Shown here: positions 20,702 to 31,041 of the stretch, one piece after another
Position numbering within the stretch: the stretch's first letter is position 1
Layout of the letters: every line of letters starts with the position of its first letter
Assembly: GCA_963663805.2 (NCBI GenBank)
Contig: CAXXMR010000012.1
Location: 480,001 to 544,000, forward strand
Length of the DNA stretch: 64,000 nucleotides
Direction: 5' to 3'
Source of the DNA: Sedimentisphaerales bacterium
GTDB lineage: Bacteria > Planctomycetota > Phycisphaerae > Sedimentisphaerales > SM23-30
Notes under the pieces: model-generated
Databases searched by the model: none
What the model was told of the DNA's origin: nothing
What the model saw: only the letters and a program-made list of their open reading frames with translations
Translations under genes and position numbers: made by a program

Positions 20702-21793
20702 ATGAAGAAGCGTCTGATGAATTGGCTGGCTTGCCCGGAGTGCGGCGGCGAACCGGCCTTACATATTTTTGAAGAGGGTGACGATGCGATACAATCCGGC
20801 TTGCTGATATGCAAAGATTGTCGGCGTGAATATATGATAGTCGATGGTATTGCCCGGATGCTGGGCAGGCATTTGTATGCCAATGATGAATTTGAAAAAC
20901 GGTTCTCAAACGAGATTGAGCAGTCTCGGGCTGGCGCGAGAGCGGCAGTTGAAGTTAGGAGCGAGCTGGACGGATTAAAAAGGGACACCATGAAAAGTTT
21001 TGGCTGGGAGTGGCAGACTTATGACCGTTTTGGCTGGGACGATGAGACATTCAATCTGGAGAAAGAGCAGCAGCGGTTTCAGGAGAATACGCTGTTTGCA
21101 GAAGGGGAGTTGGAAGGCAAAGTAATTCTGGATTGTGGTTGCGGCAATGGCAGATACATGATGCAGGCGTTGCGTTTGGGGGCAGAGGTGATAGGGGTTG
21201 ATTTAAGTTGTGCGGTAGACGCAGCGCAAAAAAATCTGGGTGGTCAGTCGAACGCTCATTTTGTTCAGGGCGATTTATTAAAGCTACCGTTTCGTAAGCG
21301 TACGTTAGATGGCGCTTTCAGCATTGGCGTTTTGATGCACACGGGCAATGCAAAAGCGGCGTTTCTGTCGATATCGTCTCACGTGCGAGAAGGTGGCGTG
21401 ATAGGTATAAGTGTTTATCAGAAACAAAATCCGCTGCACGAAATCAACGACTGGTGGCTGCGAAAAGTTACCACGAAATGGAGTCCGGAATTTTTAAAGA
21501 AGGTTTCGCGTGGGGCGGCTGATTTTGCCAGGGCGGCCTGGAAGGTTCGGATGCTGGGAGCAATAAACGCTTTGATGAGGCTGGAGCCTTATGAGCTTTG
21601 TGTTTATGACTGGTACAGCGCCCCGATAGCGACGCACCATCGGCGGACGGAGGTACGGGGCTGGTTTGAGCAGGCGGGGGCGGAGAAAATATTAAGCGAC
21701 GAAAAAGGGGACACTCGTGACCCGATACGCAAATGGATTTGGCCGCGTTGTGGTTTTACAATGAGAGGCACCATCAAAAATTTTCCTGAATAG
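20702..21793 (+). CDS. Class I SAM methyltransferase with N-terminal Trm112-like Zn domain
   Basis: LACPEC...CKDCRREYMIVDGIARM; SFGWEW, LDCGCGNGRY and SIGVLMH motifs. Confidence 0.85.
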   Translation: MKKRLMNWLACPECGGEPALHIFEEGDDAIQSGLLICKDCRREYMIVDGIARMLGRHLYANDEFEKRFSNEIEQSRAGARAAVEVRSELDGLKRDTMKSFGWEWQTYDRFGWDDETFNLEKEQQRFQENTLFAEGELEGKVILDCGCGNGRYMMQALRLGAEVIGVDLSCAVDAAQKNLGGQSNAHFVQGDLLKLPFRKRTLDGAFSIGVLMHTGNAKAAFLSISSHVREGGVIGISVYQKQNPLHEINDWWLRKVTTKWSPEFLKKVSRGAADFARAAWKVRMLGAINALMRLEPYELCVYDWYSAPIATHHRRTEVRGWFEQAGAEKILSDEKGDTRDPIRKWIWPRCGFTMRGTIKNFPE

Positions 21794-21972
21794 AGATACT
21801 GGTCCGGTTGTTAAAGTAATCACAGTCTTCGCTTGTACGTACAATTAACTTATATTTCCGAGGATTATCTCATTTACATTTGGCGGGGTTGTGGTTACGT
21901 TAGTGGGGGTTTTGTTAATGTTATTAATATTATATAGTCGGATAGTTAATCCGGGTTTGAGGAGTATTTTGC

Positions 21973-22425
21973 ATGATATATGATATTTTGGAAAACAGTG
22001 AACTTTATGCGGCAACCTGGGACCGTTTGGCGATTGCCCTGGAATGGCTCAAGGGGTTTGACCCGTCCGAGCCGGACGGCAAATACCCTATCGTCGGCGA
22101 TGATATTATCGCTTCGGTAGACAGCTATGAGAGTCGCAAGTCGCCGAACACGATGTTTGAATCCCATGAGAAGTATGTGGATTTACAATTTGTGCTGGAG
22201 GGTAATGAATATATTGATGTAGCGGTGGGCGAAGCGTTAATGGTTGCCGAGGCCTACGATGCCAAGAGAGATGTGGCTTTTTGGGGTTATGATGGGGCAT
22301 ACAGTCGGGTGGTGATGCGGTCGGGCAGTTTTGCGGTATTGTGGCCCGGTGATGTGCATCGGCCCTGCCAGCAGATAGACAAGCCCGAACCTATTCGCAA
22401 GATTGTCGTGAAGATTCGTCTGTAA
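21973..22425 (+). CDS. YhcH/YjgK/YiaL (DUF386) family protein
   Basis: ESHEKYVDLQ, PGDVHRP and RKIVVKI motifs. Confidence 0.9.
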   Translation: MIYDILENSELYAATWDRLAIALEWLKGFDPSEPDGKYPIVGDDIIASVDSYESRKSPNTMFESHEKYVDLQFVLEGNEYIDVAVGEALMVAEAYDAKRDVAFWGYDGAYSRVVMRSGSFAVLWPGDVHRPCQQIDKPEPIRKIVVKIRL

Positions 22426-22472
22426 GGGTTTTTGATTGACGGAATATGGGGGTGCGTTAGACTGTTGGGACT

Positions 22473-23933
22473 ATGGAACAGGAATATAATATAAATGAGT
22501 ATGAGGCGGCCCGGCGTGATAAGCTGGAGAAGCTGCGGGAATTAGATGTTGACCCGTTCGGTGGTCGGTTCGCTGGCGCTGAGTCACTGGCGACGGTAGC
22601 GGGTAAATATAACGCGGAAAATGAAGAGCAGGTTGTTTGCGGGGCGGGGCGTATTGTGCTGCTACGTGATATTGGCAAACTGATTTTCATTACGATTCGC
22701 GACTGGTCGGGCGAGATTCAGTTGGGTTTGAGTAAAAAGCTGCTGGGCGATAGCTGGCAGGTCGCTAAACTGCTGGACCTGGGCGATATAATCGGCGCGG
22801 CAGGAATGCTGGGTAAGACCAAGACCGGTGAGATTACGATTTGGGTGACGGAATTAACGCTGCTGTCGAAGGCAACGACTCCGCCGCCGGAAAAGTGGCA
22901 CGGTCTATCGGATGTCGAACTTCGGTATCGTCAGCGTTACGTGGATTTGTTTTCCAATCCAGCTGTCATGGATACGTTCAAGAAACGTTCGGTCATAGTT
23001 CGTTCGATTCGGCGGTTCATGGAAGAGCGGGGATTTGTGGAAGTTGAAACGCCGATGATGCAGCGTATCGCCGGTGGTGCGGCGGCTCGGCCTTTCCTGA
23101 CGCATCACAACGCTCTGGACATGGAACTGTTCATGCGGATAGCACCGGAGCTGTATTTGAAACGGCTGCTGGTGGGCGGCATGGAAAAGGTGTTTGAGAT
23201 TAACCGGAATTTCCGTAACGAAGGTATCGACCGCCAGCACAACCCGGAATTTACCTCGATGGAAGTATATGAAGCCTACGGCGATTATATAACCATGATG
23301 GAGCTGACCGAGGAGTTGATTCGTAAGCTGGCGTTGGAAGTAAGTGCCGATGGAATTATCGAGTGGAGCGGGCATGAGATAGATTACAGCAAGCCGTTTC
23401 GCAAAGTGACCTATGCAGATTTATTCGCGGAGATAAATGGTTTCGCGATTACGGAAATCGACAAGGTTCGGGCCAAAGCCCGGCAGTTGGAAATCAACGA
23501 AGCCAAAATGGATAATGTGGTGGTGGTGAACGAGGTGTTCGAGGAAACCGCCGAAGCAGGATTGATTCTGCCGACGTTTGTGATGGATTATCCCAGTGCG
23601 CTGTCGCCTCTGACCCGGCCACGTAAGGATAACCCGGAATTATGCGAACGCTGGGATTTATTTATCGGCGCGATGGAAATCGGTCCGGCCTATAGTGAGC
23701 TTAACGACCCGGATATTCAGGAATCGAAATTCAAGGAACAGTTACGCGGTGCCGACGACGCGGAAGAAGATACGTTTCGCACTCTGGACGAAGATTTTCT
23801 GAACGCGTTGAAACATGGTATGCCGCCGGCGGGTGGTCTGGGCATTGGAATCGACCGCTTGATAATGCTGCTGACGGGTTCGTCGAGTATACGCGATGTA
23901 ATTCTGTTTCCGCTGATGCGACCGACAAAGTAA
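22473..23933 (+). CDS. lysS: Lysine--tRNA ligase (class II)
   Basis: RYRQRYVDL, GGAAARPF, FRNEGID and GMPPAGGLGIGIDRL motifs. Confidence 0.98.
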   Translation: MEQEYNINEYEAARRDKLEKLRELDVDPFGGRFAGAESLATVAGKYNAENEEQVVCGAGRIVLLRDIGKLIFITIRDWSGEIQLGLSKKLLGDSWQVAKLLDLGDIIGAAGMLGKTKTGEITIWVTELTLLSKATTPPPEKWHGLSDVELRYRQRYVDLFSNPAVMDTFKKRSVIVRSIRRFMEERGFVEVETPMMQRIAGGAAARPFLTHHNALDMELFMRIAPELYLKRLLVGGMEKVFEINRNFRNEGIDRQHNPEFTSMEVYEAYGDYITMMELTEELIRKLALEVSADGIIEWSGHEIDYSKPFRKVTYADLFAEINGFAITEIDKVRAKARQLEINEAKMDNVVVVNEVFEETAEAGLILPTFVMDYPSALSPLTRPRKDNPELCERWDLFIGAMEIGPAYSELNDPDIQESKFKEQLRGADDAEEDTFRTLDEDFLNALKHGMPPAGGLGIGIDRLIMLLTGSSSIRDVILFPLMRPTK

Positions 23934-23940
23934 CAAACAG

Positions 23941-23964
23941 AAAAAGGTGTCGGACACCTTTTTT
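23941..23964 (+). terminator. Palindrome after lysS (terminator or REP-like)
   Basis: AAAAAGGTGT-CGG-ACACCTTTTTT. Confidence 0.6.
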
Positions 23965-23974
23965 GGGGTTGGTG

Positions 23975-25369
23975 ATGGTGCAGATTTTTTTAGGCTGGCG
24001 TTATTTATGGCGGCGACGTATCGCTATGCTGGGGATGCTGGCGGTCGCGTTTTGCGTGGCTTTGCTGATAGTAGTCAGCAGTTTGTTTACGGGGGTGATT
24101 GAAGCATACAATCGTTTCGCGGATGAGCAGTGGGGTCAGGTTGTTCTGCATCCGCATATGGAGTGGGGTCATCAGGAAGAATTGGTCGCTGAGCTTGAGG
24201 CTTTGCCTTCGGTGGCGTGGGCTTTGCCGGTGGCTGAAGAAGGCGGGCTGTTATATGTCGATAAAGGCGATGTACGTGGAGTGTTTTTGCGGGGTACGGA
24301 TATAAATCGTCAGGTTCGGCTGAAAATTTTTGGCAAGGGGTTACTGCGACAAAATGAGGGTGGCGCTTCGTTTGATTTAGATTCATCAGCAAAGGAATCC
24401 GCTCGCGCCGCCCTGGCCAAACGTCTGGGCCGGGAGATTAACGATGAGGAATTGCCCACAGGCATAATTGTCGGCGCGGGTATATTAGGCACACCGGATG
24501 AATTCACGGATGAATATAATGATAATAAGTTATTAGATCGTGTGGCGAACTGGTCGCGACCCATGGTGGTGACACTGGGCCGGCAAGGCGATGAGGGTGC
24601 GGAAAAGCGCACCGCACAATTTTGGCCGATAGATGTGGTTGATTCGGGGATGCACGAAATTGACACCCGCACGGTTTATATTCCGTTCGATTCGATGCGC
24701 AAACTGATAGGGCGACGGAATGCGGACGGTGCTTATATCTGCCGGGCGGACATTCAGGTCCGGGCGGCGGACGGCGTGGATGAGGCGGCCATAAAAAGGG
24801 ACCTTCAGCAGACATGGATGCGGTTCGCGACCGAACGGCTGGGCCTGTCGCAGTTTCAGGCGGCTCAGGCAGGAATTTATAAGGGACGGGAAATGGTGGC
24901 CGAGTTCACCAGAGAGATTCGCAAGCAGTTATTTGTTTTGCAGATGATTCTCGGTTTTATATTTATCGTCGCGGCGGCGTTGATTTTTGTGATTCTGATA
25001 ATGATGGTCGTGCAGAAACGTAAAGATATTGGCATTATCCGGGCCGTGGGCATGTCACGTTCCGCGGTGGCGAGTTTATTTTTGTGGTACGGCGGCTGGG
25101 TAGGTATGCTGGGGGCAATGGCTGGCATTGGGCTGGGCATCTGGGCGACGAAAAACATAAATTCACTGGAATCATTCCTGGCGAGCCTGCTGGGTTTCAA
25201 GATTTGGAAAAGCGGGGTCTATTTCATTCGGGAGATACCCAGCGAGGTTGCCTGGTCCGCGGTATGGTGGATTGCGGCGGCAGGATTGATAACCGCGATA
25301 TTGGGAGCGTTACTGCCGGCGCTACGTGCAGCCCGGCTGGCACCGGTCGAGGCGCTCAGATACGAATAA
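23975..25369 (+). CDS. LolC/E-like (FtsX-family) ABC permease
   Basis: QKRKDIGIIRAVG, YFIREIP and PALRAARLAPVEALRYE motifs; follows lysS; start uncertain. Confidence 0.88.
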   Translation: MVQIFLGWRYLWRRRIAMLGMLAVAFCVALLIVVSSLFTGVIEAYNRFADEQWGQVVLHPHMEWGHQEELVAELEALPSVAWALPVAEEGGLLYVDKGDVRGVFLRGTDINRQVRLKIFGKGLLRQNEGGASFDLDSSAKESARAALAKRLGREINDEELPTGIIVGAGILGTPDEFTDEYNDNKLLDRVANWSRPMVVTLGRQGDEGAEKRTAQFWPIDVVDSGMHEIDTRTVYIPFDSMRKLIGRRNADGAYICRADIQVRAADGVDEAAIKRDLQQTWMRFATERLGLSQFQAAQAGIYKGREMVAEFTREIRKQLFVLQMILGFIFIVAAALIFVILIMMVVQKRKDIGIIRAVGMSRSAVASLFLWYGGWVGMLGAMAGIGLGIWATKNINSLESFLASLLGFKIWKSGVYFIREIPSEVAWSAVWWIAAAGLITAILGALLPALRAARLAPVEALRYE

Positions 25370-25388
25370 CTTTTTAAGGGAGCTTATT

Positions 25389-26078
25389 ATGACTATTGAG
25401 GGTGATTTTTCACAAGAAACCTGGCGTGTTTTTAGGATTATGGCAGAGTTTGTCGAAGGGTTTGATGAACTAAGCAAACTGGGCCCGGCGGTTTCGGTGT
25501 TCGGTTCAGCGCGGACCCAGCCCGATGACCCATATTATCAACTGGCTGAACGCCTGGGCGCGGAACTTGTCAAGGGCGGCTATGCGGTTATTACCGGCGG
25601 CGGCGGCGGGATTATGGAAGCAGCCAACAAAGGCGCGTTTGAAGCAAATGGTCAAAGTGTGGGTTTGAATATTGAACTGCCGCATGAACAAAATCCAAAT
25701 GATTACCAAACTCTTTCGCTGAGTTTCCGATATTTCTTCGCCCGCAAAACCATGTTTACCAAATACGCCAGTGGTTATATAATCATGCCCGGCGGGTTCG
25801 GCACACTGGATGAGTTTTTCGAGTCCATAACCTTGATGCAGACCATGAAGACCACGCGTTTTCCGGTCATTTTGATGGGACGTACATTCTGGCGGGGTAT
25901 GCTGGAATGGGTCGAACGCTTCATGCTGGAAGGCGGCATGGTTTCACAGGATGACATCGACCTGTACACTGTCACCGACGACCCCGAAGAAGCGGTGAGA
26001 ATTATCAACGACTTCAACGGCCATAAAGGCTGGAAGGTTCCCGAAGGTATTGTCACCTATCGGCAAGAAGGAAATTAG
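25389..26078 (+). CDS. LOG family (TIGR00730-like) protein
   Basis: VFGSAR, TGGGGGIMEA and PGGFGTLDE motifs; ATG at 25389 after a GGGAG RBS. Confidence 0.92.
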   Translation: MTIEGDFSQETWRVFRIMAEFVEGFDELSKLGPAVSVFGSARTQPDDPYYQLAERLGAELVKGGYAVITGGGGGIMEAANKGAFEANGQSVGLNIELPHEQNPNDYQTLSLSFRYFFARKTMFTKYASGYIIMPGGFGTLDEFFESITLMQTMKTTRFPVILMGRTFWRGMLEWVERFMLEGGMVSQDDIDLYTVTDDPEEAVRIINDFNGHKGWKVPEGIVTYRQEGN

Positions 26079-26081
26079 TAT

Positions 26082-26636
26082 ATGCAAGCCGTAGAAAAAC
26101 TGTCGGCGAAGCGGGCGGCATTATTGCTAGTCGATATGCAGGATGCTTTTGTCCCGCATATCGCGGGGATGGCAGAAGTAACTTCGCGTTGCGCGATTAT
26201 GATTCAGGCGGCAAAGCTGCTGGACTTGCCTGTCATTGTTACGGAACAATATCCTAAAGGATTAGGTCGTACTATTGAGCCACTGCAAAATATGCTGGGC
26301 GATGTCCCTTATTACGACAAGGTAAGTTTCAGTTGCTGCGGAGACGACAAAATCCGTCGGGCTTTGTTGGCTACAGGCCGTAATCAGATAATCATCGTCG
26401 GTATCGAAACACATGTATGTATCGAACAAACCACGCTTGATTTACTGGAGCTTGGTCAGCAGCCTTTTATTATCGCTGATGCTGTTTCGTCCCGACAAAT
26501 CAGCGACAAGGAAATCGCGCTAGCGAAAATGCGTGACCAGGGCGCGTTGGTTACAACGATTGAGGCGGGCTTAATGGCCATGCTGGGTTCGAGCAAACAT
26601 CCGGCGTTTCGGGATATTTCCAAATTGATTAAGTAA
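26082..26636 (+). CDS. Isochorismatase-family hydrolase
   Basis: VDMQ, TEQYPKGLG, GIETHVC and DAVSSR motifs. Confidence 0.92.
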   Translation: MQAVEKLSAKRAALLLVDMQDAFVPHIAGMAEVTSRCAIMIQAAKLLDLPVIVTEQYPKGLGRTIEPLQNMLGDVPYYDKVSFSCCGDDKIRRALLATGRNQIIIVGIETHVCIEQTTLDLLELGQQPFIIADAVSSRQISDKEIALAKMRDQGALVTTIEAGLMAMLGSSKHPAFRDISKLIK

Positions 26637-26640
26637 ATTA

Positions 26641-27995
26641 CTCAAACTGACCGATTGAAGGGATTTTGATGGTATTGATAGTTGAACAAAAAAGGCCTTT
26701 CGAGCCGATAAATGTAGTGCAAACCAACATTTACTGGCAAGGAGGCCTTATGCTTACTATCGGCAAAATTCCTCAAAAAGTCAAAACTTTTTTTCGGCCG
26801 ACCAAAAGCCTGGTTTCGGCTCACGTTTATTCTTATTATTGCAATATGGTGATTGCTATTTGTATCAGCCACGGTAGTACCATCGACAGGCTGGTAAAGC
26901 TCTTGCGCAATGCTACTCACCGCACCAATCACGGTGAATTTCTTTGGCGCAGTGACTTTGACGAGATGGCTGTGGTTAAAGGTCAGGCTGTCGGAATGCT
27001 CAGTGGTCTCTTCAAAAAAGGATGCAAAGACTGTCTGCTGATTATCGACGACACTCAAACGATCAAGCGGGCCAAGAAGATGCAGGCGGTCGGCAAGATA
27101 CATCATCATGCCTCCGGGAAATACTGCATGGGCCATACCATTGTCAAAGCTTGTCTGTTTTACCGAGGCGTAACTATACCTTTGGGTTCCTGGCTGTACG
27201 TCAAAAAAGAACATGTCAAAGAACTTAAGGTTCCCTTCCAAAAACTTACGGAACTGGCCGGGCAAATTGTTCGGACAGCAGAAATTCCCGAGAAATTTGA
27301 TGTCACTGTTTTGTTCGATGCGTTCTATCTTTGTCCTGCGGTTGTCAATGCCTGTAAAGCAAGGAAATGGCGTTATATTGGGGTTAGCAAGTCGAATCGC
27401 TGGCTTACCGTTAGTTCGACCAAACATAAGATTGGCAAATACGGTAAGAATATTTTGAACCGAACTGGCAGTTGGCATAGCATTAAGGGGCTGCGTAAAA
27501 CCTCCTCCTACAAACTCGCTCAGCGTGCTGGAGTGATGAATAAACTTGGCGAAGTTAAAGTTGTGTTCTCCAAGCGCCGGAACGATCGTAATGTGATTGC
27601 TCTGGTTACGAACGACCTGCGCTTGTCGACGAAGAAAATTGTCAGCCGCTATCTGAAGCGTTGGGCAATTGAGGTGATGATCAAAGAACAGAAACAGCAT
27701 CTGGGACTGGGCGATTACCGTGTTTGGCGGTACCGGGCGATAGTTAGACACCTGTCCCTGGTCGATAGTGCCTATGCCTGCCTGACCCATGTTGGCCTGA
27801 ATGACCAACGTGCACAAGGCCATAAAAACGATACCAAGAATATGCTGTCTGTGCCGCCGATCAGCCAACTCAAAGCTCAAATGCACCAGATTGTCTGGAA
27901 TCAGGAGGTTCAAAATGTTATTAAAGTGTCTCATGATAAAAAAGTTATCCGCCGCCTGGAAAAACTCCTTGCGGCATAAAATCGGTCAGTTTGAG
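26641..27995 (+). mobile_element. Insertion sequence, 1355 bp, IS701/IS4-like
   Basis: Perfect 16-bp TIRs CTCAAACTGACCGATT (26641-26656 and 27980-27995); flanking direct repeat TAAATTA (26634-26640 and 27996-28002). Confidence 0.95.
26750..27979 (+). CDS. DDE transposase
   Basis: LIIDDT, VLFDAFY and YLKRWAIEVMIKEQK (YREK) motifs; ATG at 26750 after GGAGG. Confidence 0.93.
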   Translation: MLTIGKIPQKVKTFFRPTKSLVSAHVYSYYCNMVIAICISHGSTIDRLVKLLRNATHRTNHGEFLWRSDFDEMAVVKGQAVGMLSGLFKKGCKDCLLIIDDTQTIKRAKKMQAVGKIHHHASGKYCMGHTIVKACLFYRGVTIPLGSWLYVKKEHVKELKVPFQKLTELAGQIVRTAEIPEKFDVTVLFDAFYLCPAVVNACKARKWRYIGVSKSNRWLTVSSTKHKIGKYGKNILNRTGSWHSIKGLRKTSSYKLAQRAGVMNKLGEVKVVFSKRRNDRNVIALVTNDLRLSTKKIVSRYLKRWAIEVMIKEQKQHLGLGDYRVWRYRAIVRHLSLVDSAYACLTHVGLNDQRAQGHKNDTKNMLSVPPISQLKAQMHQIVWNQEVQNVIKVSHDKKVIRRLEKLLAA

Positions 27996-27999
27996 TAAA

Positions 28000-28188
28000 T
28001 TATGAAGGTTTTTCGTTGTCGCGCCGCGTCAGGGCAAAATAAACAACGTATATCCACGACAGCACGCCATGGAGAATCATAAAAAAAATTGATTTATTGC
28101 GATACCAGCTCAGCACCACCGCGATTGCAGCACCCAGGCCTATGCCCGACTGCGTTACGACGTTATGTTGAATCTCCGCAAGTATCAT
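28000..28188 (-). CDS. Small two-TM hypothetical protein
   Basis: SWYRNKSI...HGVLSWIYVVYF; ATGA-type overlap with the upstream ORF. Confidence 0.7.
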   Translation of the reverse strand: MILAEIQHNVVTQSGIGLGAAIAVVLSWYRNKSIFFMILHGVLSWIYVVYFALTRRDNEKPS

Positions 28189-28409
28189 AAATTACCTTTC
28201 TGGTATCGGCTGGTTTTTTCCTTGCCCGCAACGAGAACCCGTTCAATCTCATCAGCCGACATGCCCTGTCGAACCATAGTGCATTTCAACTCGGTTTCGG
28301 CCCGCATCTTAAATATTTTATAGACATAATGCAGGGATACAGCCACAATCGGCAACCCAAAAATCAGGACCAAGGCCAGCACATCTGGTTCTAGTAAATC
28401 ATGCCACAT
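28185..28409 (-). CDS. Small single-TM hypothetical protein
   Basis: AAGGA RBS; TM followed by ELK...GMSADEIERVL. Confidence 0.7.
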   Translation of the reverse strand: MWHDLLEPDVLALVLIFGLPIVAVSLHYVYKIFKMRAETELKCTMVRQGMSADEIERVLVAGKEKTSRYQKGNL

Positions 28410-28477
28410 ATCAATTCCTTCACAATAGTTCTATCTGATTAGTCGCAGGCATCCTGATAACATTACAAAAAATTATT

Positions 28478-29257
28478 TCAGGAATTTTTAATATACATAA
28501 CGGTAATATTATCATGTCCGCCAGCGTCATTGGCGGCTTTGATAAGGGTTTGGCATATCTTCTGAGGTTCTTCCTGCTTTTTGATAATATCGATAATTTC
28601 CGGCAGCGTCACCATATCGGTCAGGCCGTCGGAACAGAGCAGCAGGGCATCAGCGTTTTTCCAGGGGAACGAACGTACATGCGGGGCAACCTCTTCCTGC
28701 ATACCGATATACTGAGTAATCTGCCCCAGAGCAGGATGGTCCTCCACCTGCGACTCATCAATTTTTTTAGCCTCCAGCAATTCAGAAATCACGGTATGGT
28801 CCCGCGTAACCTGAGCCATCCTGTCTGAATGAATCCTAAAGGCCTGACTGTCACCCACATTGGCAATGTAAACCCGCCCGGCACGAATCAGCACAATGAC
28901 CAATGTCGCCCCCATATCAGCGTAGCCCGATTCACTGTGCCCTTCAAGATACATGTGCCGATTCTGCTTGCGTATAGCCCGGTGTAACGCATGGCGAACG
29001 GAACGCATATGCGCCGATTTAATTTTGTGGAGTCGGTTTTCGATAAGAACCGGCAAGTCCTCAACCACGATTCGTGACGCGATTTTGCCGCCGCGATGCC
29101 CACCCATCCCATCGGATACCATAAAAAGCGTGAGTTCTTCGTTGGCGTAAAACGAATCCTGATTTTCGCTGCGCTGTCTGCCCTGGTCACTAAGTGCTGC
29201 CCAGCTTATGCTTGCCGGCAGAGCGTCATGCGTTTCAACATGTTCAGTCATTGCCAT
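28478..29257 (-). CDS. PP2C-family Ser/Thr protein phosphatase
   Basis: RSENQD, DGMGGH, NVGDS, LLCSDGL and GGHDNIT motifs. Confidence 0.95.
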   Translation of the reverse strand: MAMTEHVETHDALPASISWAALSDQGRQRSENQDSFYANEELTLFMVSDGMGGHRGGKIASRIVVEDLPVLIENRLHKIKSAHMRSVRHALHRAIRKQNRHMYLEGHSESGYADMGATLVIVLIRAGRVYIANVGDSQAFRIHSDRMAQVTRDHTVISELLEAKKIDESQVEDHPALGQITQYIGMQEEVAPHVRSFPWKNADALLLCSDGLTDMVTLPEIIDIIKKQEEPQKICQTLIKAANDAGGHDNITVMYIKNS

Positions 29258-29262
29258 ACCTC

Positions 29263-31011
29263 TTACACTTTTGATGATTCCGATTTTCGTCCAGCCTTCA
29301 GGAAAATGATAACTGTTTCAACGAACATCCAGCCAGCCAGAAATAATATCAACACACTCAACACCGTAAGCAGCCAGTCACCGCCCGTGTAGAAATCATC
29401 GAGCTTGGCAACCAAAGCCCAGATGGTTATCACCAGCATGAACACACACGGAAAAGCCGCGACCAGATATTTCATCCCGCCTTTGCGTTTGAGATACATC
29501 GTAACAACCAGCAAGGCCAGGGATGCCAGTAATTGATTGACCGTACCGAACAAAGGCCAAAGCACCATCGCGCCTTTACCGTCGGCACCGGTGGCAAAGG
29601 CCAGAATCGCCGCTGTTACAACCGCGAAAGTTGTCGCCGCCCATTTGTTGCCGAGTATATTCAGTTTAATCGTCGAGGCCAGCTCACTGGTGATATAACG
29701 CTGTAAACGAACCGCCGTGTCAAGTGTCGTGCCGGCAAACGACGCAATGAACACGCCCATTAGTACCGTGCCAACAGACTTGTGAATATGAAGCGCTTCC
29801 ATCATGTTCGCGGCACCTTTGACAACCGCGCTGAGCTTGGCACCCAGACCAGCGGCACCCGACCACGTAATATAATGTTTGTTCCAGGCCGCAAAACCGG
29901 TAAGCGTTTCACCATCGGCAGTGGTATAAGCAATACCAATACCCGCCGCGACACAAATTAGAATCAGTACCGCTAAAGCACCTTCCAAAAGCATTGAGCC
30001 GTAACCGATAAAGAGCGAATCCTTCTCCGATGAAATCTGTTTGGGACTTGTGCCGCTGGCTACCAGCGAATGAAAACCACTAACCGCTCCACAGGCAATT
30101 GTGACGAACATGAAAGGCCAGATGGAAGGAGAGCCCGTATCAGCCGTATTGAGCGCGGGGGCAACTAATTCCAGCTTGCCGAAAATACCGCTGAAAACAA
30201 CGCCTAAAATAAGCAGCCCCATCATGAGAAAAAGCTGCCAGGCATTGATATAATCACGCGGCTGCAACAGAGTCGTCACCGGCAGCACCGATGCACAAAA
30301 AGCGTAGATGAGCAAAACTATCGTCCATGAACCCGTCGAGGGCATAAAGGAAAAATCCGGGATCGAACATAATTCAGGATAGCGCGTTTCCAGAACGGCA
30401 CCCAATATAATGAAACTGTACATCGCTGCCACCGCAATTGCGGTCGCCAGCCAGACCCGTGCTTTTTTCTTGTAGACCGCGTAGCCCATTAAAATCGCGA
30501 TGGGTATCTGAGTCCAGACCGGTATCACCGAACTGGGAAAAAATTTGAATACGACCGCGATGACCACTCCGAAAATGGCAATGATGATTAGCAATGCCAA
30601 AAACACCACTAGAAAAAACATGATGCGAACCCGAATGTTAATATACTTCGAGGTAATATCCGAAAGACTCTTGCCCTGATTACGCATGGAAACCACCAGC
30701 GAGCCAAAGTCATGTACCGCCCCCATAAAAATACTGCCGAAAACCACCCACAACAGCGCCGGCAGCCAACCCCAGATTATACCAACCGCCGGCCCCACGA
30801 TCGGCCCGGTACCCGCGATCGAGGTGAAATGATGCCCGAAGATGACCCCTTTGCGGCTGGGCACATAATCAACCCCGTCCTCCAGCTCGCGACTGGGCAC
30901 GAGGGCATCAGGATTCAGCCGAAATATTTTCTGCGCCAGAAATCTGCCGTAAGTATAGTAAGCGATAATATACGCCGCAAACGCCGCCGCCATAAGTAAA
31001 ATGGTCTGCAC
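29263..31011 (-). CDS. cstA: Carbon starvation protein A family transporter
   Basis: DGVDYVP, GHHFTSIAGTGPIVGP, LLQPRDY, IACGAVSGFH and WPLFGTVNQL motifs. Confidence 0.95.
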   Translation of the reverse strand: MQTILLMAAAFAAYIIAYYTYGRFLAQKIFRLNPDALVPSRELEDGVDYVPSRKGVIFGHHFTSIAGTGPIVGPAVGIIWGWLPALLWVVFGSIFMGAVHDFGSLVVSMRNQGKSLSDITSKYINIRVRIMFFLVVFLALLIIIAIFGVVIAVVFKFFPSSVIPVWTQIPIAILMGYAVYKKKARVWLATAIAVAAMYSFIILGAVLETRYPELCSIPDFSFMPSTGSWTIVLLIYAFCASVLPVTTLLQPRDYINAWQLFLMMGLLILGVVFSGIFGKLELVAPALNTADTGSPSIWPFMFVTIACGAVSGFHSLVASGTSPKQISSEKDSLFIGYGSMLLEGALAVLILICVAAGIGIAYTTADGETLTGFAAWNKHYITWSGAAGLGAKLSAVVKGAANMMEALHIHKSVGTVLMGVFIASFAGTTLDTAVRLQRYITSELASTIKLNILGNKWAATTFAVVTAAILAFATGADGKGAMVLWPLFGTVNQLLASLALLVVTMYLKRKGGMKYLVAAFPCVFMLVITIWALVAKLDDFYTGGDWLLTVLSVLILFLAGWMFVETVIIFLKAGRKSESSKV

Positions 31012-31041
31012 CCGAAATTCTCCTTTCTGAATGACTAAACA

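Noticed and set aside
26642..27934. 430-aa ORF antisense to the transposase
   Set aside because: No recognisable motifs; consistent with an antisense shadow.
21800..28470. dif site near the skew switch
   Set aside because: No convincing XerC/XerD 28-mer found by eye in the intergenic regions.
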